64,000 nucleotides of DNA. Origin: Podarcis muralis (lineage: Eukaryota). Below, one piece after another: positions 12,789 through 24,610 of the stretch (within the stretch, counting starts at the first letter, position 1; each line of letters starts with the position of its first letter). Where the stretch lies: positions 31,248,001 through 31,312,000 of the forward strand of contig NC_135668.1 of assembly GCF_964188315.1 (NCBI RefSeq). The letters run 5' to 3'. The position numbers and the translations under genes are program-made. Below the pieces are notes generated by a model. That model searched no databases and was not told where the DNA came from. It saw only the letters and a program-made list of their open reading frames with translations.

Positions 12789-12907
12789 TCATAGAATCAT
12801 AGAATTGTAGAGTTGGAAGGGACATGCAGGTCATCTAGTCCAACCCCCTGCTATGCAGGAATATTTCACCCAACGTGGGGCTCAAACCCACGACCCTGAA
12901 ATTAAGA
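12789..12907 (-). mobile_element. tRNA-Lys-derived SINE with CR1-like tail (5'-truncated)
   Basis: Reverse complement reads TCTTAATTTCAGGGTCGTGGGTTTGAGCCCCACGTTGGGTG (tRNA-Lys-CTT 3' half), followed by a CR1-type tail ending (TTCTATGA)n. Confidence 0.75.
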
Positions 12908-13519
12908 CAGATCTAACACACATGTGCATTATTTTAGGGAACTTTGTTAAATAACTGAAAATCATTCCTGAGGTGTGTAGGATATGAATTGGGTCACCTT
13001 TTTCTAATCTTGGTTGTTTGGATGCCATCTTGAAGAATGGTGGCCATGACTAATGAGATTAATAAATGTTACTATCTCAGCACTTGTGTGACTAATTCGA
13101 AACTTATACATGACTGGTTATTCCAATAGTTTCAGAGCTTGATGAGTAATGCCCATTGTTTGATAGCTCTGAGCCAACACATGGGGAAAAACGATTATTT
13201 GATTGATTTTTTTTTTTTGCCAACGTTATGTTGTAGAGTACTTATTCATTTGTTTATAGATACGATTTCTAACACATCACTCTGTTTGCCTTACCAGCAA
13301 GTGAGATCAGAATTAGACAAACACAAAGTGCAGTATCAATATAATATTTAGTCAGATACAGCAAAATGCAATAGGAGGCAGGCAGGCAGAACAGATAAAA
13401 CGATCTCTTCAGAAGCAACACAACTGCTCAGGGAGACAAAGTCCTGTTAGAATAATAAAAGTCCTTAAAAATAGTTAGACAACAAGAAAGGGAACCAGTC
13501 CAGCTTCAAGGGGCACCGT

Positions 13520-13800
13520 GGCCTCGCAAAGTTCCCAAAGCACTTGTGCTGAGATTTTATTTGAATTGACTTGAATTGTAAGGAAAGTAATTGTGGGGAT
13601 TACTATTCAGAACACATGGAAGTATATTTGCTTGAGGGCATCGCAAGTAAATCAGTAACCAAACAATACAAATTATATTTTGAAAGCATGGTATGCCAAA
13701 AGAGATTGTGAGCGGTAACGCCCCTCAATGTTGCTTCAGCGACTCCAGAATATTTGCAAAAGAATGGGACTTTGTTCACAGTACATCGAGTCCAGCATGT
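13520..13800 (+). mobile_element. Fossil Ty3/Gypsy-type integrase core
   Basis: DYYSEHMEVYLLEGIASKSVTKQYKLYFE (13598-13684), then a -1 frameshift into KHGMPKEIVSGNAPQCCFSDSRIFAKEWDFVHSTSSP; matches the Gypsy IN consensus VVDYYS...FARHGIPEEIVSDNGPQF...FAKEWDF.H.TSSP. Confidence 0.75.
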
Positions 13801-13859
13801 ATCGCCGCTTCTGATATACTATCAGGGCAAATGTCAGCTTTTGCTGTTGGTAAACAAAG

Positions 13860-14290
13860 CCCCTAAACATCTTAGGCCCAGGTTATCTGAAAGGCTGCCT
13901 TCTCCTATATAGACTCACTAGGACACTGAGATGATCAGATGAAGCCCTTCTGGTGGGTCAGGCACTTTGGAAGTTTGCAGAGCACTGCAACACCCACTTT
14001 GGTGGAATAGCCTCCTTGCTGACATCCGGTTCATTTCCGGACCCAATTTAAAGTGCTGGCAGTTACCTTCAAAGCCTCAAACAGTTTGGGGCCATGATTC
14101 TTAAATAGCAGCCTGCACCCCTATCAACCTGCCCCTGCCAAAAGATCCACTTCAGAGCTCCTGCTTAGGCTTCTTCCTCCACAGACGATCAGGTTAGAAG
14201 GAATACAGAGCAGATCCTTCTTGACGGTGGCTCCACCACTATGGAACTTTTGACACTGTTAAGCAGGCCTTAAAGACTTAGCTTTTACCT
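13860..14290 (+). mobile_element. Two degenerate L2-clade LINE 3' fragments
   Basis: Motifs such as TTTAAAGTGCTG...ACCTTCAAAGCC...TTGGGGCCA and LGPGYLK, like the better preserved L2 at 26518. Confidence 0.5.
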
Positions 14291-14570
14291 CTTGTGTTTT
14301 GTGATCCATGTGTGGATGTGTTTTGGCTTTTAGTAGCAGTCATGTTGAGCTGGGTACTGTTTTGAAATGTTTGTTCTTGTGATTGCATTATGCTTCATTT
14401 GTTGGTATATATTGTGGCAACCCCCCTTTTTGTTTGACTAGAGGTCTATCTACGGTATTTAAAATGAAAATGATGGTAGTAAAACAACAACAACAAAGCA
14501 ACCAAAACCCTTTGCAGATTTCCCCACCTAGGCTGAAAGAAGGGGAAAGACAAGCCAGGATCTGTGATGC

Positions 14571-15175
14571 AGCAGCAAGAAAAAAAAGGCTATTCTAGGC
14601 TGTATCAACATAAGTATAGTGTCCAGATCAAGGGAAGTAATAGTACCACTCTATTCTGCTTTGCTCTGACCGCATCTGGAATACTGTATCCAATTCTGGG
14701 CTCCACAATTTAAGAAAGATGTTGACAGGCTGGAACATGTGCAGTGGAGGGCAACCAAGATGATCAAGGGTCTGGAAACTAAGCCTTATGAGGAGCGCTT
14801 GAAGGAGCTGGGTATGTTTAGCCTGGAAAAGAGGAGACTGAGAGGAGATATGATAGCCATCTTCAAATATCTTAAGGGCTGTCACATGGATGAGGGAACA
14901 TGCTTGTTTTCTCCTGCTCTGGAGAATAGGACAAACCAATGGCTTCAAATTACAAGAAAGGAGATTCTGACTAAACATCAGGAAGAACTTCCTGACAGGA
15001 AGAGCTGTTCGACAGTGGAGCGGACTCCCTCAAGAGGTGGTGGACTCTCCTTCCTTGGAGGTTTTTAAGCAGAGGTTGGATGGCCATCTCTCATGGCTGC
15101 TTTAGCTGAGATTCCCGCACTGCTGGGAGTTGAACTAGATGTCCCTTGGGTTCCTTCCAACTCTAAGATTCTATG
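14571..15175 (+). mobile_element. CR1 LINE 3' end
   Basis: ORF remnant [48 protein letters not shown] and tail CCTTCCAACTCTAAGATTCTATG. Confidence 0.92.
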
Positions 15176-15749
15176 CTTGGCTTGCCCCAAGGGTGCCTTT
15201 TACCTGGGGATAAATCCTTTAACAAACCAGACTAAATTTCTGCTGAGCCTCATTCAAGCTGATGAGGCCTCATTCAGTGCTTTAAAGGAAGGCTGTCTAT
15301 GGAAGGCATGCACTCTTGTGTAAACAGAGATCTCACTGGCTGGAGTTGGTCCCAGGGCCAGTGTCCATCAGTGTTCCACCTAGCTCCCTGAGGGAAATGC
15401 TAGCCAGACCAGCTACGGAGGCTTGCTTCAAATTTGTTTAGGTGGGTTTGTTGCCGTTTGTTCGATTCACAGGAGAGCTGGGTGTGTTGACTTGTCCATG
15501 TCACATATCCAAGCCAACATCCTTGGAAAGCCCATTAGACTTCCCAAGAAAGGCCTGATCCATTCTTCAAACAACCAAGTATGCAAATACAAGTGTTTGG
15601 GTGAGAGAGATATTTATAAAGCCCAATAAAAAGTTAAGGAAGAGAGAGAGAAAGGGTGGTAGTGATAGAAGGCAACATCCTTCAAGGGAAATGGTGAGAG
15701 CTCTTTGGAGGTGGGACTGGGCTGCTCAAAGTGCTTTCAAAACTGTATA

Positions 15750-15995
15750 TAGTTATACCTTGGTTGTCGAACGCCTTGTGACTTGAACGTTTTGGCTCCC
15801 AAACACCACAAACCTGGAACACAAACCTGGAAGTGAGTGTTCTGGTTTGCAAATGTTCTTTGGAACCCGGACTGCTTACGATTGAGTGCAGGAAGCTCCT
15901 GCAGCCAATTGGAAGTCGTGCCTTGGATTTTGAATGTTTTGGGAAGTCAAACAGACTTCCAGAATGGATTCTGTTTGAGAACCAAGGCACAACTG
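15750..15995. mobile_element. Tc1/mariner-type MITE (family B)
   Basis: TIRs (T)AGTTATACCTTGGTT / AACCAAGGCACAACTG; inverted homologue of 50626-50876; partial third copy near 47500-47575. Confidence 0.75.
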
Positions 15996-18432
15996 TTTAA
16001 AATATTGAAAAGCAAATTAAAAGCCCCCCATTTAAAAGTCCTGTAATTGCACAGGGATGAGCCGGCTGAGTTATCTTAAGAACATCAGAAGAGTCTGGCT
16101 GCTGATCAGGCCAAAGGGGGACCATCTAGTCCTGCATCCTACTCTCACAGCAGCCAATGAGAAGCCACAAGGAGGACATGAGTGCAATAGCAACTGGTAT
16201 TCAGGGCCATGCTTCCTCTGACACTGGAGGTCCTTGCAAAGCTTTTAGTTATGGAGCCATAGCTCAATGGTGGAACCCTGTTGGATCAAACCAAAGGTCC
16301 AACATCCCATTCTCACAATGGCCAACTAGATGTCCCAATGGGAAGCCTGCAAGCAGGGCGAGTGCCGCACCAGTGCTCTTTCCTTGCATGTGATTCCCGG
16401 CCACTGGTATTCAGACATACTGCCTCCAATGCTATCATTGATGTCACAGGCACTGCCCAATATGTGGCTGTGCGAGAGTTGACCAAAAGCAGAATATAGC
16501 ACTGATGGTGCTTGGGAGATGTAGAGAGGAACTTATTTCACCAGCAGCCTCCAGATGCAGCCCTTGTGTTGCATGATCAATAAATCAGCTGGGCCTCTTT
16601 GCAACTCAGGCATGTTAAGGATGTACAACCCACTGCAAGATGCAGTATTGGTGGTCTCTTATTTTAAGGATACTTCAGAGAGTTGCCAGTGCTCCACTCC
16701 CTGCTGCCCATCCCTCCTGCTGGCTTCCGGTGTGCTCTGCTGCCCAGCAATCCACCTGGTGCCTCATGACGGGCCAGGTTGCCTTTGCAACAACACCAAT
16801 GCCCAAGATCTGCAAACAACAGTAATTGAAAGGGACTTTATTATAGCCTTTATCTTGCTGGTATTGACACATTGGAAAAGGAAGGCAGGTGTGTATTTTT
16901 AGAAGTGCTGTTTGTGTGTTTGGTGGGGCTGGGATGTAAGTGTGGGTGGGTGTGGACTGAGAAAGTGGGTTCAGTCTTCCGAACTAAGGAAAGGGTGCTT
17001 TCCCTGTAACGGTTGCTGAATCAGAAAAGGGCTGGGCATTGGCAGAGGCAGCTGCACCACTTAACTAAATCAGGGAGGGTTGTGCTAGGCTCCCTGCCTC
17101 AAATCTTGGAGGACCGCTGCTAGTCAGGGTTGACAATACTGGATGAGCCAAGGGTCTGGAAGTATAAGTCTGTGTTCCTATGTAATGGGGGGGGGAGGGG
17201 ACAGGACCTCTGGCTCACAGGCCATCTTGGGCTGACACAGTCTAATTTGACCCATGAGGGCCCTTTAGTAAAACCACAACTAGCTGTCCGTCAACTCACA
17301 CCCCCTTAATGGGCAGTGTGGTGGGGTTCAGTTGGCTGCACCCACCACCAGTTCCCCACAGGAACCTGGTTCGTGCAATCAAAGCAGCTGATGAGAGGGT
17401 GGTTAAATCCTGCTCAAACCCCTGCAGAGAGCAAGGTTGAAGTCTCCACTCATCAGCAGAGAATTCAGTCCTGCTGGGTGAAGCTAAGACAAGCCTGCAG
17501 GATCAGGCCAGTGGCCCATCTAGTCCTGCATCCTGTTGCCATGGGGCCAACCAGATACCCGTGAGAAGCCCACAAACTGGACATGAGTGCAAGTTCACTC
17601 TGCCAACCTTGGTCTGCCCTGTGGGTTAAACTTGATGTCACTGTAATATCAGATGATTGACAGGCAGACGTTCCCACCCACATTTCAAAGTTGGCCCGCA
17701 GGGTTGGGGAAGATAAGATCTGGTTCACTGGGCCAAAAAGGTTCCCCACCCCTGCTATGTATGGAAAGCTTAGTGAGGTGGTCAAGATAGAGGTTGCTAT
17801 CTCTAGCACCCCTAAGAATCAGCCCTGTGACTCTTGCCAGAGAGGAAGAACTGCCTTCTCAGCAGGGACAAAGGAGAAAAGAGTTGTAGCTCAGGGGCTG
17901 GGCACCTGCAATGAACACAGAGCATGCCCAGTTCAGTCCCCAGCAGTGCCAAGTGGGGCTGGGCAAGGCTGCAGCTGGAAACCCTAAAGAACTGCTGCTG
18001 CCAGCCAGTGAAGGCCTTTTCCATCCTAAGGGCCACATTCCTGCTTGAGCGGCCTCCTGAGGGCCATGATGGGTGTGGGCTGACCACAGTGGCTGCTCTC
18101 TCTGTGTGTACATCTTTGTTCTCAGGCCTGTTGCTGCTGAGCAGTAAGCTCTTTGAGGTTCAGGAGCAGTAAATAGATACCTGCCACGCAAGGTCTGTGA
18201 GAGGGAAGGCGTCCTTATGCAGAACAGGCTGCAGATCACAAATGATTAAGGTTTGAGTGGTTTTGTAGTGCAGCTGTAAGTGACAAGAAGCGGCGGCCTT
18301 GCCAGTTTATTTTCTGCCCCATAGTAGATTATTCCCACGTACGAGTTGGGCTTTTATTCATAAAACCAAAGGGTTGTAGAGCTGGAAGAGACCCCAAGGA
18401 TCATCCAATCCAACCCCCTGCAAAGCAGAAAT

Positions 18433-18775
18433 CACAATGTTTTACGCATTCCATTTTAAGTGGAGCTGACATTCTCCAGGAGTGGCCAGCATCCCTGCAC
18501 ACCCCCTTGGGCAGAGACTGGTTCAGTTCCAGCCCTGCCCAGTCTATCTGCAAGGAATGTGCCCAGCTCAGCAGAAGTTGCCTTTGCCTTTGCCACAACT
18601 GTTTGTTCTGGTTTCTTCACCCTGATAGCCACTTTCTAGGATGACGGCCCTTATCAGCCCTGATGTGGGAAGCGTGCAGGACCTCTGCTTCTGACGGCGG
18701 CAAAGGTGACCTCGGCACTTCCGATAGGACACACCATAGCCAGCCCTCGATTGCAGTCTTGACGGGTTTCTTCAC
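18433..18775. repeat. Copy A of diverged local duplication (copy B at 19984-20305)
   Basis: Collinear blocks, e.g. TGTGCCCAGCTCAGC and TTCTGGTTTCTTCACCCTGATAGCCAC, shared with copy B; roughly three-quarters identical by eye. Confidence 0.85.
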
Positions 18776-19245
18776 TTTTTGGGGGGAGGGGGTGTACTGT
18801 AGTCTGGCTGTGGGAGGGGGGAATCTAAAGCCTCCATCTCCAGCAAGGTAGCTTGACTTCTCACTAAGACAGCAGCCCTTGTCAAGCGATCATTTCAGAC
18901 CCCACAGCATGGGCAAGCAGTGCTCCCTCCCCTGGCAGCCTGCTGGTTGGGAAGGAAGAGAAAGAGTTCACTACTCCCTTCAGACTCTGATTCTGCCCGC
19001 CACTGCATGTGGGTGGGATGGGAGAGAACAACAGATTTACCCTCAAGGGAATATAGCCTTTTGATAATATACCTTTAAAGCATTTACCTGCATTGCAGGG
19101 GGTTGGACTAGATGACCCTCGGGTCCCTTCCAACTCTACAATTCAACACACATTTAAAGTACATTACTTCTTCCAAAGAATCTAGCAGATAGAGTTTGCT
19201 AAGGGTGCTGGAAATGGTAGCTCTGTGAGGCAGAAACTGCAGATA

Positions 19246-19471
19246 CAGTGGTACCTCAGGTTACATACGCTTCAGGTTACAGACTCCGCTAACCCAGAAA
19301 TAGTGCTTCAGGTTAAGAACTTTGCTTCAGGATGAGAACAGAATTTGGGCTCCGCCGGTGCGGCAGCAGCAGAAGGCCCCATTAGCTAAAGTGGTGCTTC
19401 AGGTTAAGAACAGTTTCAGGTTAAGTACGGACCTCCGGAATGAATTAAGTACTTAACCTGAGGTACCACTG
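19246..19471. mobile_element. Tc1/mariner (Tigger-like) MITE (family A)
   Basis: TIR CAGTGGTACCTCAGGTTA / TAACCTGAGGTACCACTG with TA target duplication on both sides. Confidence 0.9.
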
Positions 19472-19983
19472 TACCAAGATTTTACACTGAATATGCTTTA
19501 AATATATAGCATGGACCTGCCTTAAGACCACAGAAGCATCCCACCCCATGTCATTGGAGGTTTTTAAGCAGAGGTTGGATAGCTGTCTATCAGGGATTCC
19601 TTAGCTGGGGTTGGACTAGATGACCCTGGGGCTGCCTCCCAACTCTGAAATTCTATGATTTCTTTGCTGCCATCCATTTTTGGGTTGCCACTGCTGTCCG
19701 CAAGCTCCACCTGCCACTGCAGCCTCTTGTGGAACTAATTTCCTTGGGCACCAGCATGGGGTTCTTGGGGGACAGGTAAGTGGGGGGGGGGGAGAGCATG
19801 CGGAACAAGTCAGGTGGCTACAACTGGGCACAGCTGAGGGCCTTGTTCCAGGACCCATCCTTAGTGACTGCTCACTGATAGGCATCGGCTCTTCCATTGC
19901 TGCAGTGAAAGGCTGGATCGTAGAATTGTAGAGCTGGAAGGGACCTCAGGGGTCATCTAGCCCAACCGCCTGCAAATCAGGAT

Positions 19984-20305
19984 TCACGTTTTACACTTTT
20001 CATTTTAATTAGGAGCTGAGCTTCTCCAATGTTCCTCCAGCCACCCTTGGGCAGTTCAGTTCCAGCCTGGTCCAGTCTTTCTGCAAAGAGTGTGCCCAGC
20101 TCAGCAAAAGTCGCATTTGCACATTTCACAACTGTTTATTCTGGTTTCTTCACCCTGATAGCCACCTTCAAGGATAGCGGCCCTTATCGGCCCCGATATA
20201 GCAAGCATGCAGCAAGAGGTCTGCTTCTGGTGGAGACAAAGGTGCTCTCAGCCCTTCTGGTGGGACACGCCAGGGCCAGCCCTCCAATCCGGCCGTTTTA
20301 TCACT
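19984..20305. repeat. Copy B of diverged local duplication
   Basis: See 18433-18775. Confidence 0.85.
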
Positions 20306-20785
20306 TGCACGGTCCAGGAAATGTTCAGTTGAGAACACAGAGAGATTAAGGGGGGGGGGGACACAGAGAGATATTTGTGAGCTGTTGAAAGATTGCATTG
20401 AGCAACTGGGAGAGCCTTTGGGCACACTGCTGGCAGCTTTAGGCTTTTAAGAGAGCTCTTTGGTTAACTGGGCAGCTGGAAAGGAGCCCTTGACATTGCC
20501 CGAGTTTGGGTCACCCAGCTGGTCAGTCCCACCCAGCTGGCTAAGAGCCCCTCCAGCCCTGCATTTGCAAAGCTGGTTTAGTGGGACCCAACTGGACTAG
20601 GGGGGGGGGGCAGGTTTAAAGCCCCAAGCAGCTCCTGGCCACCTTAAGGATTGTCTTTTTCCAATGGCGGGCCTTGCAGTGGTCCAACAGCAGAGGCCAT
20701 TAAATAAGATGGGTGTCCACCAGAACATAAGAGGAGTTTGCTGCATTGCAGGGTATTTGGTAGAGCCCCATGATAAGTTTGTTGG

Positions 20786-22112
20786 AGGGAAGTCAATTAG
20801 GGTTATGTTATGAATTAATGTTTGTTACGGGGGGGCGTACGGGGGGGCCACTAGGGGGCGCATTGGAAGATGGCCGACAATACCATCTTTCCGACGCACA
20901 CGGGGTAATTAAGAGGCTGTTATGGGAGTAGGCAGCCTCCCTTGTTGCCCCAAGGAAATGGGGAACACTGCCCTTGCCTGCTGTGCCCATAAATCACCCC
21001 CTAATTCAAAAGAAGGGGGTGAGGGCCCTAGGCAGAATGCCCCCGTGTGGACCTTGGCTCTCCTGGACGCTGTCTCTGATCGCGCACTAGCTGCAGCAAT
21101 TTGGAATAATTAATTACAAAAGAAGCAAATGCACATATTTCAAGTGAAGAAGGGGAGTGAAGTCTGCTAATTTAAGTGACCTCTGCGAAAGAAGACGACG
21201 GGTTGGAGAAACAGGAATATTTTACGATGAAGATACACCAAAGGCTGGGTATGTTGACAACGGGACTGAATGGGGGGGGGGCTTTTTTTACTTTCCTTCT
21301 ATGTGATTTACAAGAACCCCTCCTCATTAGAATCGTCGGTTGAACTGACCCAAGCAGGATGATTAAGGTCTGTGTGGAGATAAACTTTAACCAAAAGTAT
21401 GCTTTATGGAGATCGAGAAGCAATAAGAGCTTTTGGGAATGGCGCAGCAATTAATTCAGAGTCGCCATCTTGCCAAAGGATTTATAGCCGGGAGGAAGAA
21501 CGGACTTGTTTTTAGACTGCATTCCTAGTGAATCTCCTCAGAGGTTTTGAGAAAGGAGGCAGATTGGTGAAGATTAATGATGCTAAGACTGTTTTGATGT
21601 ATGGAAGTGATGTTATATGGAAAACGTCTGGATATGGCTATTGGATAAAAAAAATAATATCCACGCAGGATTACAAACTGTTCTAACCAGCTTGCGGAGA
21701 CTATCAGAGGTCACAAAGAGAAAGGAAAAATATATGAAAATAACAACAAGAGATGTGGAAAAACAATAAGAAAGGACTGGATAAGAAAGGACTGTGAACA
21801 TCATAAGGTTAGATTTGTGGACATTAAAACAGCAGTAAGAAGCAAGAAGTTGATTGGATCCCCTTCGGAACTTGAAATATGGGTACCCCCAACAAAAATT
21901 TAAAATTCGGCCGTGTAATTTGGAATTTATGTAATTTGGTTTGATTTGATGTGATTGGTCGGTTAATAAAAAATTATTCTTAAAAAAAAAAAGAATTAAT
22001 GTTTGTTTTCTTTTTGTATGTGCTGTTTTGCTTTCTTTGTACGTTTTTTGTTGTTGTTGTTTTGTTTCTGTTTGGTTAAAAGAACTCAATAAAAAGATAT
22101 TAAAAAAAAAAA
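20786..22112 (+). mobile_element. Outer retroposon: short L1-like 3' UTR fragment (about 150 nt net) split by a younger insertion
   Basis: Starts near GGGAAGTC, has a T-rich 3'UTR, AATAAA 22088-22093 and a poly(A) tail; TSD GATAAGTTTGTTGG (20772-20785) / GATACGTTTGTTGG (22113-22126). Confidence 0.7.
20827..21992 (+). mobile_element. Inner 1166-bp polyadenylated non-coding retroposon with L1-like promoter end
   Basis: Perfect 15-bp TSD GAATTAATGTTTGTT (20812-20826, 21993-22007); AATAAA 21965-21970 plus poly(A); G-rich, CpG-rich 5' end containing AAGATGGCCG (20867-20876); no long sense ORF. Confidence 0.8.
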
Positions 22113-22657
22113 GATACGTTTGTTGGGCCTTGGCTCTGTACCGTTTCAGGCACTGGGTCCAAACTGGGCTCTTTTCAGGAAGCACGGGCTCAAATCAGTT
22201 CACTGCCATGTGCAGCTGTCTGACATGGGAGGGAGGACCTGGCACAAAGAACCCGGGGGGCGCTCATTCTTTCCCTCCTTACTAGGCATCAAGGAGAGCA
22301 GCAGCAGGCATCAAGGAGGCAAAAGCCCTCCTACCTACACTGAGATTTGTACCCCAAGGCCACCCTCTGAAAAGCACAGCCCTGGAGGATGGAAGCTGCC
22401 TCCACATGGCCTTTGGTGCCATGCCAACAGCTCTGGAGGTCAGGCTGACACAGGCATCTCTTGTTGCAAAAGCCCTTTGAAAGGCCATTTTAAACACAAA
22501 GGAAGAGGAAACAGAGTCCCCTGGTGGACTCTCCTTCGCTAGAGGGATTTGGATTAGATGACCTCTGAGGTCCCTCCCAAATTCTAGAATTCTGTGTGTG
22601 GAATCACTTACAGGTAGCTGGGCTGGGCTAGTCTGGGTGGCTGGTTGAGCAGCCCCA

Positions 22658-22663
22658 TTTATT
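22658..22663 (-). terminator. DCTN5: Candidate DCTN5 polyadenylation signal
   Basis: AATAAA on the minus strand about 1.6 kb downstream of the DCTN5 stop; usage not demonstrable from sequence. Confidence 0.35.
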
Positions 22664-24273
22664 CAGCAGTTGGAGATTTCACCAAGGAGAGTGCAGCTAG
22701 CACCCCCGCCCCTTGCCAAAGCAGTGGGTGGTGATGCCAGCAGGACACTCCCATCTACCCCGCTCTGTTTCCAGATTTGTTAGAGGAAAATTACCACTTC
22801 AAAGCACTTGACCTACTTGAGAGGATTTTAATTTGTGGACAGCAAAGTATAAACAAGGCGAACAGTGACGTGATGGTTAACAGCAGCTCCTCCGGGCTTC
22901 TGTGTTTGGAGAGGCCATGGCTAGTTAATGGGTGGCAAAGCTGTACGTGCCACAGAACAGATGAAAAGAAGCAGCACACCCACCCACCCGCCTGCCTGCC
23001 TGTATGCTGACCCTGTATCCAACATTCAGGGAACCAGTGATGTGCATAGCCACCAAACAAATGGACTGGGGGTTTGATCTGGAAAGAAGCAAAGGATCAT
23101 CAGAGCGTATCCATCAGGGGTGGGAGTCATTTGCATCCCCAGATAGAAGCTGGTTCCTTCACAACCTTCTCTTTGCAGATGACCCAGCCATGGGAAAGCT
23201 GTGGCCTGTCAGCTGATACTGGACTCCCATCAGCCAGCTTGGTCAGGCAAGGTGGGAGTTGGGAGTCTAGCAGCTTCTGAAGAACCACGGGAGCCCTGTC
23301 CCTGCCCTATGCCCTTCCAGACATACCACCCCCAATCATAACCCTGTGCAGGGACCCCCATCCCTGTGCAAAATCCACAAGGCCACCCACCTCCTGCCTG
23401 CACTCAAGCCCTATGCTCTGAAACAATCTCTACAAAGCTACCCCTTGCAGGAGGAAACGGGTCAAAGCAGCTGCTTGGAGTCATTCTCCGAGTCACATAT
23501 CTCTCACTGCCTGAAAAATATGCAGCTGATAAAGGGAAGGGACAGTCTGGACAGACTGTCTGATCTGGGTCACAGCGCATGCCCCCCGTCTATAATGGCC
23601 TTCACAACAGTCGTATGAAGTGGAGATGGAGGCTTGTTGGGAAGCCCTCAAGGGCCAAATAGATGACCACTTTCTCATCTTGTCCAGGCAGGGAGCAGAG
23701 CCTTCCTCACTGGAGGGTGGCAGGCAGGCAGGGAGGGAGGCTACATATGCACCTGCTTGGAGGAGAGGGTGCTGAGGGGTCTCTGGTCACGTTGACTTCT
23801 AATTAGGAATGTGTTGGGTGGGGGGGAGATGACAGCAGAAGCACACAGACCTCCCTACCCCTTGTAGGCTGGCCAGCCATCCTCCCACTCAGGAGGTTTG
23901 TCGCTGCTCATTTCACATTCCAATGCACCCTGGATCTAGGGATAAATAAATAACATGCGAGTCTCTCGCAAGCGAAGGAGTAGACAGTGGGGTCAGTCCA
24001 GGCTGGTCAGTGGCAGGGCTAGGGTGGACAGCGGGAAAAGGCCTCCCATATGGGACAGAAGAGTCCAGATTGTGGGCAAGGGTGTGAGGCAGAGGAATGA
24101 AGGGGATGCCCAAGAAGGGAAGATGGTGTTACACAAGGCAGCTTCTGGCAGAGTCTGCCAGTTGGGCTTGGAGCCAGCTGCTTGCAGGACTCTCACAAGC
24201 CACGCCAGTCACGCCGAAGCTTCTTCCCACTCTTCCTCCTGCAGAGGGCCACAGGAGGGCCAGGTGGAGACGG

Positions 24274-24610
<337 letters not shown>

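Noticed and set aside
18480-20210. Paired Cys-rich peptides (CKECAQLS...HNCLFWFLHPDSH) in the duplicated module
   Set aside because: The substitution pattern between copies looks neutral (about 3 synonymous to 10 non-synonymous); no start codon or upstream exon found.
21613-22185. 190-aa minus-strand ORF
   Set aside because: Low-complexity antisense reading of A/T-rich retroposon tails.
22775-23010. Exon-like segment DLLEENYHFKALDLLERILICGQ after a ttccAG
   Set aside because: Isolated, with no partner exons; probably lies in the DCTN5 3'UTR on the opposite strand.
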